64,000 nucleotides of DNA, from NCBI RefSeq assembly GCF_009914755.1, contig NC_060940.1. One strand, 5' to 3'. Within the stretch, counting starts at the first letter, position 1; the number at the start of each line of letters is the position of its first letter. Below, in pieces: positions 50,541-64,000 of the stretch. This DNA is from the human T2T-CHM13v2.0 reference genome, Homo sapiens. The notes beneath the pieces are model-generated. The model ran no database searches. It was not told the origin of the DNA and was given only the letters and a program-made list of their open reading frames with translations. Made by a program: the position numbers and the translations under genes.

Positions 50541-51408
50541 GAATTGCCCTTCTGGTGCATTAAAGATTGTTCTATTATCTAAATGATTTATAGAAATGTT
50601 GGTTTTTAAGTTGATTTTGTATTTAGCAATTTGCTTAACTTTCTTAGAACTAAAAACTTATTTGTACAGCATGTTGGATTTTCTCGTTAGAAAATCATGC
50701 TATTTGCTAATTAAATTTTCTTTCTTTCTTTGTAATTATTCCTTCTCCCTCTCCTTTCCTTCTACCTTCTGGTTTTCCTCCTCCTCTTCGTTTTTATTAA
50801 TCTCTTATCTCAGTGTCTAGACTACCTGACATAATGTTAAACCAGATTTGTGAGAGGGAATTCTTAAAGTGTTCCTGAAATAATGGAAACGCTGTTAAAA
50901 TTTTAGTATTCCGTATCTAGCTTTCTCTAGGTTACTGTATACCCCTTATTAGGTGACACAAGCTTGTTTGTATTTTTAGTTTGTTAAGTATTTTCCTATG
51001 AATGAAGTTTGAATTTGAATTTTTGCACAGATATGGAATTGATCCTAACTTTTTTTCTTTTTCTCTTTAATCTGTCCATGTGCTCTGTGTAGCCTGGCTT
51101 TGCTGTCAAAGTCATAGAATGCAGTTTGATTTATTTGTTATTTGTTAACGTTTTCTGAAGTAATATGTGTATGATAAAGATGAACTGATATTTGAAATTA
51201 GGTAAAACTTACATAGAAAACGTTTCCTTCTGGTTACATTTGAGGGGAAAATTTTTGTTGCAGTTTTAAATCCTTTAATGGAAATCCATTTCTTCAGTCT
51301 TTTGTCTCTAGTCAAATTTGGTAGTTAATATTTTTCCAGAGAACAATATGTACATTCAAACTTTTAAAATTATTGTTCAGTTGTTCATAGAATATGCTTA
51401 GTAGTTTT

Positions 51409-51718
51409 CTGTTGTTGTTGTTTTTGTTTTTTTGAGACAGAGTCTCACTGTCGCCAGGCTGGAGTGCAGTGACGCGATCTTGGCTCACTACAACCTCCAC
51501 CTCCTGGCCTCCTGGGTTCAGGCAATTCTCGTGCTTCAGCCGCCAGAGTAGCTGGGATTACAGGCATGTGCCACCACAGCCAGCTAATGTTTGTATTTTT
51601 AGTAGAGATGGTGTTTCACCATGTTGGCCAGGATGGCATCGATCTCCTGACCTCGTGATCTCCCCGCCTTGGCCTCTCAAAGTGCTGGGATTACAGGTGT
51701 GAGCCACCGCGCCCGGCC
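51409..51718 (-). mobile_element. AluSc-like
   Basis: ctgtcgccaggc, ttggccaggatgg...gatctcctgacctcgtga; TSD tgcttagtagtttt (51395-51408, 51719-51732); internal cctcctgg duplication. Confidence 0.93.
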
Positions 51719-53229
51719 TGCTTAGTAGTTTTTAAATGTCAGTGTTTATGCAATGATAACCTTTAACTTTTAAATTATATTTGTTTCAATAATTTTTATC
51801 AGTCTTTTTACATTTGCATATTATATAACTATAGTGTTTAAAGTTTCTGTTTTGGTAATTATTTCATTATTTTTTTATTTCATTAATTTACGCTCTTAGA
51901 GTTTTCTTTCTTTTACTTTATTTAACAAACACTTTAAACTAAAACTAAAGTTTTAGTTTGAACATCAAAATTCATTTTGTGTGCTTTTTAAAATTTTAAT
52001 ACACCCATTTGCAGGTGCAAATTTATATGCAAGTACCGCTTTAGCTGTGTTTCACACATTTTGTTATATGCCATGTACTGTTTCTCTTTTTAAATTTCAA
52101 ATATTTCCTATGTAATTTCTTTAACCCATGAATCATCCAAGAATTAATTTTGAAAGTTTCAAAATCAACATTTGTGTGAATTTAATTATCTTTTTATGTT
52201 GAATTCTAATGTAATTTCAAATTAGCAAAATATATATTTTAATTTTTTATATTTTTGTGCTCATATTTTTAATGCTTCATATATTGGAAAAGAGCTCTAC
52301 ATTCCTCCATATATATCTACAATTGTCCATTTTATAATAGATTTTCTATATGTTTCTTATACTTTGCAGCATTTGCTATCAATTTATGATAAAACAGTAT
52401 AAAAATATCACACCTTGTTGGTTTTTTTCTCTGTAATTCTACCAAGTTTTGCTATGATGTAATGTACATCTATATTAGAGACAGCTGTGTCTTCTAGGTT
52501 TATTTTATTAATGTATGCTGTCTATTTTATTCTTGTTAAAGTTTTTTCTTATGTTTTATTTTGATTTTATTAATATGTCTATGGTAACTTTTTTGGTTAT
52601 ATTAGCAAACTAAATCTTTTCTCTCCATTTACATTCAAGTATTTTATATGGTTCTGTCATTTTGTTTTATCTTTTTTTATAATAATCACAGGATGATGTA
52701 TTTTGTCTTTTGGTGGATTTTTAATAATTGTATATTTTGTGCTTGATATACGCTATTGAAATTTCTCTACTATCTTACTGTCTTCTGTTAGATCTGTATT
52801 GTATTCCATAATCTCTCTTTCTCTTTCTTTCTGTGCTATTGCTGCTGATTTGAAAACTATAGATTTTTGGGGGGAGCAGTACATCATTATTAACACTATT
52901 ATTGTTATTACTTAAATATAAGTATTTTAAAAATATTAAAGGGTCAATAATCCTTGTTTTTCTCCTCCCTTTTTGGGTCTGAAAACACTTGAAATATAAA
53001 TGCTGGAGTGAAAATATGTAGATATAGATAGTGACTGTATCATGGATAAAGCCATGTGAGCAATGTAACTTAGCTGTATGGCCATACGGGTTGCAAATAC
53101 CTTATCTTTCAATTAAACTTACCTCTGCTCAGTCATTAGCATAGAGGGTCAACCTCAAAACTCCCTCCATAAGGACCATGAGAACAGGACAATTGTTAGT
53201 TAAAGTTGTCAACGTAGCCTGTCAATTTC

Positions 53230-54500
53230 CCTGAAGCTTTTTTTTTTTTTAATCCCGCACCTGCCATTTGGATTCATTTCTTCCTGTCCTTTTGTATTCT
53301 GAGAGCCTGAAGTCAGCACTCATTTTTATTCTTAATTTCTGAAATCCTTCAGCAATTATTATTTCAAATACTTTTTCTCCTGCATTGTCTCGATTCTTCC
53401 CTCTACATTTGCTATTAAATTATATATTTAATCTCCCAAACTATTATCTATCTCTTCTTTGGTTTCTTGTATTTTTGCTGTTTCTTTATTTAACTGTGCT
53501 GTATTCTAAGTTCTATACCAATTCATTTAAATTTAGTAATTTTCTTTTTTGGTATTCCCCCACACTAGAATTCATATAACCTATTTAGTATTTTTTATCT
53601 TACAATGGTGATTTGTTTTTATTTCCATGATATGTATTTTAAGATGTTTATTATTTTTTATTTTCACATTTTCTTGTTTTATTCTGCCACGTTTTATTTT
53701 ATAATTTTATTCTATTTTTAAATGGAAGTATTTCATGAATCATTTTAATCATTGTAAATTCTCATAGTTTAAAATATTGATGAGGGGTTTAATCTAAGTT
53801 TAACTTTACCTGGAATGTATTCATGTTCAGATTGCTGATTTCATTGGCTGTCTCAGTACACACTTTTTTACTCTTTGAAATTCTCCATTTGTTTATTCAC
53901 CCACTGTGAGAAGAATGTTGTTTTCTTTCTTCTTTCCCTCTTTTTTCTTCTCAACTCCTGTATGTCCATCATGTTTTAGTGTCTCTACCCAGCTATGATG
54001 GCTCCTATAAAGCATTAGATTTTTATAGTGGCATTTATGACTTCCAGTAATAATTAGGGACAACCCAGATTCATCTCTTAGTCAGGGATAGTCACAGAGC
54101 TTTAGATTTTCCCTTTTGACTCATAAAACCTCTGTCAAACTACATGACAAACTTACATGTCAAAAATAGCCTCTGCCTACATTATATTTTCTTCTATCGG
54201 CAAGCCAGAGTTTTAAACCCTGATTAAGGAATAATTTTAATTCTCTTTTCCTCGAGAGAAACTCAATTCCCAATGGCCACTGCCTTCTTCTGAATCCAGT
54301 GACTAGAGACCCAGAGCTTCAGCCCTATCCATTGTTTCCCATTTCTGGGTGTTTCTGCACACATGCACACACACACACACACACACACGACTTTTAGGTT
54401 GCTTTCATGATAAACCAAACATTCGTGCTTTTGTTTCCATTTTTAATTGTTATTAGTGGGTATTTGGAGCACAAAGGGTTTGTCAAAGCATTAATTCTTT
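53230..54500 (-). mobile_element. HAL1 or old-L1 5'/ORF1-like remnant
   Basis: cagcaattattatttcaaatac... and gtatttggagcacaaaggg resemble antisense HAL1/L1ME 5' regions; weak match. Confidence 0.45.
54357..54388. repeat. (CA)n microsatellite
   Basis: Directly visible. Confidence 0.9.
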
Positions 54501-54606
54501 GAAACTAGTTCAAAACATTTAGAAATTTGTTTTTCTTCTAACCCCAGCAGCATGGTATGATGAATTAAGAATCTAAATTTTATATCTTTCTTATATCTTT
54601 ACACTA

Positions 54607-54996
<390 letters not shown>

Positions 54997-57900
54997 CTAA
55001 TACACAATGGAGTGAATCAGAGGCCGAGCCTATTTAAGTGCAACCTATATGTTTTATTTGAAATATAGAAATGTTAGCCCCATCACTTATTACTTGGGCA
55101 ATCTGTTAATCTTTCTAATCCTTGTTATTTATTCAGCGAATGTAAACAATGATGGCTACCTCATGGAAATGTTATGAAAAAGAAATAAGTTCATGTTTCT
55201 GGAAGAGTTTTATAAATGGTAGGACATATAGGAGAAAGTATAAGACATAACATGATTATAATTACTGGTGTGGGTATTATTAATGTCATTAGTATTAATA
55301 ATAGTTTAATACAGTAAACTGTTAATACAGTTTAATACAGTAAAATGTGGTTTCTTGCTACTTTTTTTTCTTTGAAACAGATAGGTAAATAGAAATAATT
55401 TTAAACAGAAAAATAGTGAAGTATTTCATGAAAGAAAATACTTTCCTACAAATTTCATATGCAAATACAGGTAAGCCATATTAGCAGCCAAAGCCTTTTT
55501 TACACTTTTAACATTAATTTTGTCTACTTGTGAATAACACTGAACCACCATGAGAACCCTAAGAACTGCTATATGGAAATGCACTGATAAAGACTGTCTT
55601 AGACTTTAAAGTAGGTAGAATTTGGTGATCTCCTCCATAAACATTAAGCCAGAAAGAAATATCAGTCATATGTCAAAGGAGCTCATGGATCAAACAAAAC
55701 AAAAAAGTTATAACATGATGTAATAAATATTATTAAAAGGCCAACAGACGATGTTAAGAGAGCACAAACTAGTGGCATTTAACTTAGTTGGTGAGGCAGA
55801 GACAACAAAGGCTATTTATTTTATTCTTCTTATAGAGGGTCTCATTGATGTACTTAAAAATGAGTTTATGCCAGGTAATAGCATTGCAAAATTAAAATAA
55901 ATCAACAGATAAAATAAGTCCCCATCAATACGTGCTGACTGCGGGTCCTGTTTTATGACAAGGGCTCTGTGACACACACTTTGACATGTTGCTTTAAAAA
56001 AAAAAAAATTTCTTCCTGATTTGAAGTTGAGTTCTTGGTAGATACGGTTACTGAGGAACTAAAAGCTAACTATGTAGGGTTTCTCTGAACTCTACTACTC
56101 TGCAGGCTTGTGGGAGTCTTATAAGAAGCTTGTATAAGGAGGCAAAAAATAAATGGGGTGGGTAAATGGTCTCATCTGATTTCTTGGGCTAAATAAATAA
56201 TTTATGTGTAAAACCACTGACCTATGATGATAAGGAAATGTTGCTGAATAGAAAAGGAGATAATTTCCAAGGTGTGGTATGCCATGAATTTAATTATGAA
56301 TGACATTGATTTTGGATTCTCAAATTAAAGTGTGCATACACATCTCTTTAAGGAAAATTGACATTTCAGTAAGAAATGATTATTTCAAATTTATGGTTAT
56401 CTGAATCGCCCTATAATTTATCCTAACCTAAGGGAAATATCTACTAATGATCGGATCAATGATTTTCATATGAAGAAACCATGAGAACAAGACGTAAAAT
56501 ACTTAGCAAGCAAAAATAAGGTTTTTTATTTACTTTCATTAACATTTTATGAATTTGGCAAATATTAGTTAGATTTCTTTTCTTGTCCAAATTTATGTAG
56601 TGCAAACTCACAGTTACAGCCAGCTATGAAGTTAATGAACATTCTGCAAAATTCAAAATTAACAATGAGCCCAACTTGGAGATAATTCAACAGAAATTCA
56701 AACTGATGAAGTCAGCATAAATGGGTGTATTTCTTGACTGGTTTGTTCCGGGGATATTTTGGAGCATTATGTGGTTTTAACTTGTTTTATTGAAATCTAT
56801 TTTCAACTGCTACTGACAAAAGATGGGAAAATATTACTTTAGGTCTTTTCCAAAAATGTTGTCAAAGTTTCCAGCCACACATAATTTAACTATATTTGAG
56901 AGTCTAGGACCATATATAGTAGGCTTCAGGGGGCATATGGGGATAATATACAAATATGTAATATACTTTAATTTTAATAATAAAATTTGTATATTGAAAC
57001 ATATTTTTTGAAACTTCAAACTCCACAAAAGATTGTCTTTGTAGGTTTCATGAGACTGTTGTTGGTGATATTAGTGATTATTTTTAAGATTGGGAAGGGG
57101 TAACATTATAAAATTAAGTGATAATGGCAATCACATTCAGGTCTATGGAATTTTCTACTAACAGCAAACTTTATTATTATCTAGTATAGGCATTTACCTA
57201 AGGTATATTATTCTCTTCATTATTAAAATAAACAAATTGATGTCCTGGAGGGGTTAAGTAACCTGTCCAGAGCCACATAGCTGGTAACGAAGACATAATC
57301 AGTACAGAATCTGATTTGGAGTCTGATTTGCATGCATTAGCTTCAGTATAAAATAAGGGTATTCTGTACTATCTCTATTTTATACTAAGGCAGATCAAGG
57401 AAAATCTTTCAGTGTATAGCTTTTTAATAGGAAAAAATGCCTTGCTTTGGAATAAAAATTGATGTAGAATGAATAAAATGGACATCATCAAAGATTTTGC
57501 ATACATCTTAGAAAGTATAATTGATGAAAATAAAAGAAAGACAATGAATTTCTGGACTTCAGTGACTTCCTGGACATTTCCGATATTAAATCTTTCCACT
57601 CATTTCCTCCACACATAGAGTACTGTCTGAAATTTAAAAGAACACATATTGAGATAATTAAATAGAAAGGTTTTTTTTTTTAATGGAAGTTCTTGGAGAA
57701 ACTATGAGATGAATCCTTTTTATAACTTTAGATAGAAAGGCAGTGAAGCTTAACAAATGTAAATGATTTCTAAACTGTACATTTGGTAGGAGGGCAGCTT
57801 CAGGGGAGACAGCAAAGCAGCAAATAGAAATGAACATCCCTTTTCCCTGGAAGCTTCATCCTCAAAGCTGGATGTCTTTCTGAATGAGCAGCCCAACATC

Positions 57901-58169
57901 AATGGCTAGCAAGTTAGAGATTCCTGTAGCTGCCCTCTAGCTTCTTGTTGCAAGGTCAGGTCATATGACCAGCAGGGCTCTCATATCTTTTGCAACACTT
58001 AGTAAATTCTGAAAGATACCAAGAAAAAGAAATTTTGTGGAAATGCAGAAATACTGTAATTTCTTATGAAGAAAATTATTTGGTAGGGAGAGTAAAAAGA
58101 ACATTGGAGTTAGACAATCCATAGATTTTTGCCTTTACCAGGCACTGACTGTACAGCATAGGCATTGAC

Positions 58170-58615
58170 ATGCATTGCAAAGAGAAATCTGGTATAACAA
58201 ATGCTGTCAGTACTTCACTTATTTCCTTGGCCAACAGCATCTTACTGTGATCACCTACTATTTTCTGCCTGAGGACCTTCACTGGGAGCATCCTAGAATG
58301 CTAAGGATTTAGTGGCTTGGGAGCTCTTTCCAACCAATGACAAATGAAAGTTGGTTCGTAACCACCAAGCTTCTTGCTTCTAGGTTTTATGTAAGACTCC
58401 CAGGTTCTCAGCAGGAGTTTACGGGGTCTCACAGGATAAGAACCACTTGCCTATAACAAATCTGTTTATTAACATACCTTATTTGGGTTTTCGTTCTTTC
58501 TCTGTCTCATGTTCCTGACCACATATGATACTTTCTGGAATCAACATCTGCATACCCTGTTGAAACAGGAATCCTTTTCTCAGGCTTTGTTTCAGGTCAA
58601 AAACAAGCTAAGATA
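58170..58615 (+). mobile_element. LTR16-like ERVL LTR
   Basis: ttctgcctgagg, caaccaatgacaaatgaaagttgg, aatccttttctcaggctttgtttc...agctaagata. Confidence 0.7.
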
Positions 58616-58649
58616 CTTAGTTATTTCATTTCCAAAAATTTTCCTTGTG

Positions 58650-60990
58650 AGAGAGCTCCTAGTTTTAGCTCCAACATGTAAAAGGTTTGAAATTTGTTAC
58701 TCCCAACCTTATACTAAGAGAAAAAAAGCTGAACAAACTGCTTTTTAACTGCTTTTCTTGGGTGTGTTGGAGAACAGAAATCACATGGCAAACTGTTACC
58801 CTAATGCCTGGAGAGAGAGGGACATTCATTGGATCTGGTTAACTGGAGCAGAAGATTCTAGAGCCGTAACTGGTAAGAACATTAAACTGTCAATTTTGAA
58901 GAATGGCTGGAAACTGAATAAGGACTATCAGGAAAGTGAGAAGCTCCTAGGAGCTGAGGTTTTAGGAAGGCCCCCACATATTGGTGAATCTTACCACCAG
59001 GGACCTCAGTAGGCTGTGGCATTGAGGAACCAAGAAAGAGCCCATCATGGAAGGATGGAGAAGAGTAATCTAAATCAAATATGGCCAACTGTTCTTCATA
59101 ACCATAACCTATGCTCTGTGGGAAAGATTTCACCACAATCATTCTGTCTGGGAGAAAGGCATTTCTCCAACTCAGGTTAGGGGCAGAAACTACAAAACAC
59201 TTGTAAAGGTTACAGCCAGGGATACAAGCTCTCTAAAAGACACATAGAATGTTTCACCACCTCCATGCCTTACCACCGCACCAATGAGAGTCTGGTGCAT
59301 TAGAATTGAAGGAGTTTTAAGACGCAGACTCTCCCTGAAGATGAATAATTTGGGAAGCCAAAATTTAAGAATAGAGACAAAAACAATTCTATCAAAAGAA
59401 ATTTAAGATGCTGGCACCTACAGTTACAACTATATCAATCATCAATTTAAATGTAAATGTTCTAAATGCATGTTTTACAAAACAGAGATTATCAGACTGG
59501 ATAAAAGTTTACACATAAATAAATAAGACCCAACTGTACAAGAAAAAAAGTGAAATCTAACTTTAATATAAAGACTTAGATAGGTTAGAAACAAAAAGAA
59601 TGGAGAAAAAATACCATGCTAACATAAATCAAAAGAAAACTCAAATAGCTGTTTTAATTTCAGACAAAGCAGGCTTTGGAACAAAGAAGATTATAAGGAA
59701 TAAAGAGGAGCATGCATAGTGATAAAGGGATCAGTTCTCAGAGAGGATGAAGTAATCCTAAATGTGTATGCACCTAACAATGCAAAGTAAAGATCATAGA
59801 AAGATAGCTGGACAATCTATGAATATTTGAAGATTAAACAACATATTTCTATGTAACAACGCATGGGGCCAAGAAGGTGTCTCAAGTTACTTTAAAACTT
59901 ATTTTGAATTTAATGAAAATTAAAATACAACTTAACAAAATTTGTGCAAGGCAATGAAAAGTGTTTAGAGGAAAGTGTATAGCATAAATGTATATACAGT
60001 TATAGGAAAAAAAGAGAAAGAACCAAAATTCAATAACCTAAGCTTCAACTTTAGGAAACTAGAAAAATAAGAGAAGTTTAAGCCTTAAGCAAGCAAAAGG
60101 AAGGATTTTTTTAAAAAGTTAAATCAGAAACTAATGAAATAGAGAATAGAAAAACAATAGAGAAAAAAGAGTGAATTCAAAAGATTATTATTTGTTAAGA
60201 TTGACAACATTCACAAGCCTTTAGTTAAATTGACAGAAAAAAAATGAGAAACAATGCTCAAATTGCTAGGATGAGAAATTAGGTGATGTTACTATTGTTC
60301 TAACACAAATGAAAAGGATTATAAAGGAATACGCTACTAAATTAGACAACTAACTTAAATTTGACAAATCTCTGTGAAGACATATACTACCGAAACTGAC
60401 TCAAAAAGAAATAGACAATCTCCTTTGCAAAAGAATTCCAAGTAATTCATGTCGGTACCTCCAACAAGAAGGTGAAGCATGACTCTACTCTTTCAGTGTG
60501 TGCTGCTCATCATGACTTTCTTTCAAAGAGTACAATATCAAAGGTTGGGAATAGAGACAATGTTGCATTCAGAAAGCCTTACAAATGATATCTAAATCAG
60601 GTGATCAAGGTCAAAATCAACAGTGAGTAGTCATATTGACTGTATGTGCATTCAGTAAGATGTGGTGAAAATACAGCTTCTGTGATGTTCCTCCCCAGAT
60701 CTCATACTCCAGTGTAATTATGAGAAAAGCATCAGGAAATTCTCAGTGGAGGAGGCTTCTACAAAATACCTAAGCAGTATTACTCAAAACTGTCAAGGTC
60801 ATGAAAAACAAGGAAAGTTTGAAAAACTGTAGCACTCAAACAAGCCTGTGTGATGATATGGCAACTAAATGCACCATACTATTTTAAGGCATTATTAACA
60901 GGATAAACTGGCTGTGGAGTATATCGAGCTCTCTGCACTATTTTCACAATGTCACCATAAATCCAAACTGGCTTAAAATTTAAAAATGTA
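58650..60990 (+). mobile_element. Internally deleted L1MD-type element: 5'UTR ~58650-59425, ORF2 endonuclease region ~59426-60420, 3'UTR ~60421-60990
   Basis: ctccaacatgtaaa...aaaaaagctgaacaaactg (5' end); actatatcaatcatcaatttaaatgtaaatg and atcctaaatgtgtatgcacctaacaa (ORF2 endonuclease); caggtgatcaaggtcaaaatcaacagtga and aaaactgtcaaggtcatgaaaaacaaggaaag (3'UTR). Confidence 0.8.
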
Positions 60991-63869
60991 TTTCCAAAAT
61001 ATTCTAATAATCCTACATTTGCAGACATGTTCACATATTATCTGTTTAATTCTTATAAGTCTCAAATGCTGTCCTCAAATTAAGTCCCTTAATTTCTTCA
61101 CTGTTCCTTCACTCCTGCTCTCCTTTCCTCCTTCATTTAGGACTAGAATTCACATTTCCAGAATAGTCTCTGGTCAATTAAAGTTTGACATTAGAGAAAT
61201 CACATAGTATCTATTTTTTACTTGAAAAAAAAATTTGCTTTAGTTGACATGAAAATTTCTATACATTGTTGTTAGGAATGCCATTTAATATGACTAGATA
61301 AAGTTAGCTATAAACAGAGAACTAGATAATCCAGGTCAGATTAGTTGATTTCTTTAGTCTCATACATTTCTCTCTAATAAAGTTGATTTTTGTACTTTTT
61401 CAGTGAGAATGAATTATTTACTTTTAAATGGGCTTCAGATACTAGCTCTTTCAATAAGATGTAAGATAAAGTAATTCTGCACGTAGAGGAAAAGGACTAA
61501 AAGAGAATTCATATCAATTAAATACCTCAGATTTGTCAGGAGACATCTGAGGGCAGTAGTCATTATTATTTAATCCGTAATCACACTGTACTTTGTGCTT
61601 TTCTGGGGGAGATGTACCAGAGTTTATTCAAAGTAGACATAGGCTCATTTGAGCCACTTGGGCGGATGGTAGCGCCATTCCTCTGTGAAGGCTTGGTGGG
61701 AAAAGGACCTTGCAGAGGCATTTAAGGCTGTTGTAAAAGTGGTCGTTGATTCCCCATGAGCATTCTCTCTCTCTGCCGCTCTCTTCTGATTAAAATGTGC
61801 TCTTTCCTCAAAGGAATCCGTCATAGAAATTATCTGTGCACATAAATTATCTGTGAACAGTTGTTCACCCTAGTGCAAGGTATAACTACTGCATGAGAAA
61901 TGGCTTTAGTAGCCCAAATGGAAGAAAGAATGTAACCAAGGAAAGGAAAGCAAAGTTTAGCTGATCAATCATTAAGAATTCTTTCTTACGCAGTCTCACG
62001 TTTCCTGGCAGAAAACTGAAGCCAGAATCCATGTGGGTTATTTCACAATGCTATTCCGGATGTCTGTTGTAAAAAAGGATTTGAAACTTCCTAGGAAAAC
62101 AATAGATGCAACACACAGGGGCCATGCTATTTTTGTTACCCCAGTCATCAGTAACTGAATAAATAAGCTGGAAATATTAAAATACAAACTATTTATGAAT
62201 AAGATGTAAGTTACTTATGCAGATTGTTTTCATTGATGAGAATTAATAAAGTCAACTGTAACTTAGCATTATTTTCTAATATAAGCTATATTTGAAAATG
62301 TATTATAATAGTAAATTTCAGGGAATGTATTCAGGTTACATAATTAGTTTTGGAGTTGGTGAAGTCATTGAAAGCTAAATGTAATATCATTGAATAGCAC
62401 AAGAAAAAAAACAACCATCAGGCGCAATAAAATTCTTAAGATTTTACCATCCTAAGGAAAATTCCTTTTAAAAAGGATCACAGAGAATTTAACTTTTTAG
62501 TTTTTCCGATTAAACAACATTATGCATATGCACTTGTTGTTTATGAAGCACATATACTATTACTGAAATTGCTGCTTGAATTTAGGAAACTGATGAAAAT
62601 TAAGCTCATAAAAATTTAATGCCATGAAACCCAAGTATGGAATATACAGTTAGGGGGTAGCTTTTCAGAGAAACCACATTAAGGCTTGAAAAAAGAAATT
62701 ACATTAGATTTTACTCACTAATTTTGAATATGAACAGTTTCCTTTGAGCAAACATGTAGCTTTTCCACGTTCAGAGCTGCAGTGAAATAATTCTGTTCTT
62801 AAAATATTAGGACAGGCTTAAGGTTACCAGGAAGGATGAGGTGAAAGATCTTGAGAGAATTGAGATAACTAAGCAGTTTCCTCCACGGCAGTGCCACTGT
62901 GTAACCTCATTTGAATGTTCAATGTAGAGTCATGCAGAACCTGAACCTGTAGAAAACTGACAGGATTTGGGGAATAGAATCTTTTCTGAGGAAGTCGGCC
63001 TGGACAGTTTACTTTTGTAAAAGTGCTTCTATTTTTTTCATACAAAATGTAAAATGCATGAGAAACAAAATTTTGCTATGCTTACTATTTTTCTACTAAA
63101 ATGTGAATGGATAACTTGGTAACTCTACAACCGAGAGGGCACAGAGAGTTATGCAAAACATTATTTAGGTAATTATTTAGTACTGTTATATGGCTGTTCC
63201 ATTCTATTGTATATTGGTTTGAAATGTTAAAATTACAAGATAAATGATAAAATGACAATAATAATTTAAGAAATACCATGGGATTTTGAAGAACAAGATA
63301 TTGTGCTAAGAAAAGAAAAAAAAAAGAAATATCCTGTAAAGACAAAATATGCCCTTTGTCACGTACAAAGACAATTTTAATAATTAGAACAGTTTAAATA
63401 TATTCCTTTCCTGTGAAAGTGAAAGAGATGTAACTTATTCAGTTTATACTATGGGCATGACACTAAGCTAAACAGATAATACACATGAGTTCATAAAATA
63501 CTCAGAAGAGCACTTATACAAAAATACTAATATTCTCATTTCTAAGGTTAGGGAAGTATTTGAAAAGGTTCTTTCATGTCCCAAAAGTTGCACCCAAAGT
63601 AAGGAAGAAATAGCATTTTAAATATATTTTTTTTCCAATGCAGTATCTTTGAACAGGTATATTCAACTTTACTAGGTCAATCAAGACAATGTGCGATCAT
63701 GGACTAAGAAAAAAACTATTCTTCCTCTGGACAGAAAGTAAGATTTGTTGACATTCCAAGTTCCATTAATATTGATTCTATTTGACTCTATGGCCATGGC
63801 ATTTAATAAATGGAATTTTATACAAAATAGAACCTACTCTAGTGCTATTTCAAATTGTTTCCTTTCCAA

Positions 63870-63985
63870 AATGTGCTCTCCAGAGACTCTGAACTTTCAG
63901 AGAACTGGTCAACCTCTTTGAGTTATATTCACAAGATGTAGCACAATACCAAGCACACAGTAGGTGCCCAAGACATACATTTTAG
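63870..63985 (+). mobile_element. L2 3' tail
   Basis: tagcacaataccaagcacacagtaggtgccca. Confidence 0.6.
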
Positions 63986-64000
63986 AAAGTCTCAATTAAA

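Larger units (their letters stand above)
48770..52960 (-). mobile_element. Long, heavily diverged L1 (L1ME/L1M5 class) hosting AluY, L1PA and AluSc
   Basis: T-rich antisense ORF2 motifs: ttttcactcccac, tttgtccatttttcctactggg, gctttagctgtgtttcacaca, atcacaccttgttgg. Confidence 0.7.

Noticed and set aside
61650-61680. Possible CTCF or REST site (gggcggatggtagcgcc)
   Set aside because: Only a partial match to either consensus; key positions are missing

Overview
This is primate (almost certainly human or great-ape) non-coding genomic DNA. It is AT-rich, depleted in CpG and largely made of interspersed repeats: Alu (including an AluY), L1 of several ages, L2, MIR, MaLR LTRs (THE1, MSTA, MLT1), ERVL/ERV1 LTRs and hAT MITEs. 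I find no supportable protein-coding gene, RNA gene, CpG island or CRISPR array. The listed ORFs are chance frames or derive from repeats. Repeat family names come from my recall of consensus sequences, so boundaries are approximate unless a target-site duplication (TSD) is cited. I see no convincing new biological system. The most unusual signals are small-scale genome-evolution events. (1) A complete THE1 provirus (perfect ATCTC TSD) carries an inverted ~59-bp piece of a different THE1 LTR variant in its internal region, joined by microhomology and a flanking duplication. (2) A ~100-bp, ~90%-identical duplication of L2-derived sequence sits ~775 bp downstream of its source. (3) A MIR quasi-palindrome appears converted into a perfect 28-bp inverted repeat. 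(4) An Alu tail has become a 147-bp pure-pyrimidine tract. (5) There are several well-formed + strand candidate non-coding exons and transcription-factor motif clusters, all needing expression or conservation data.
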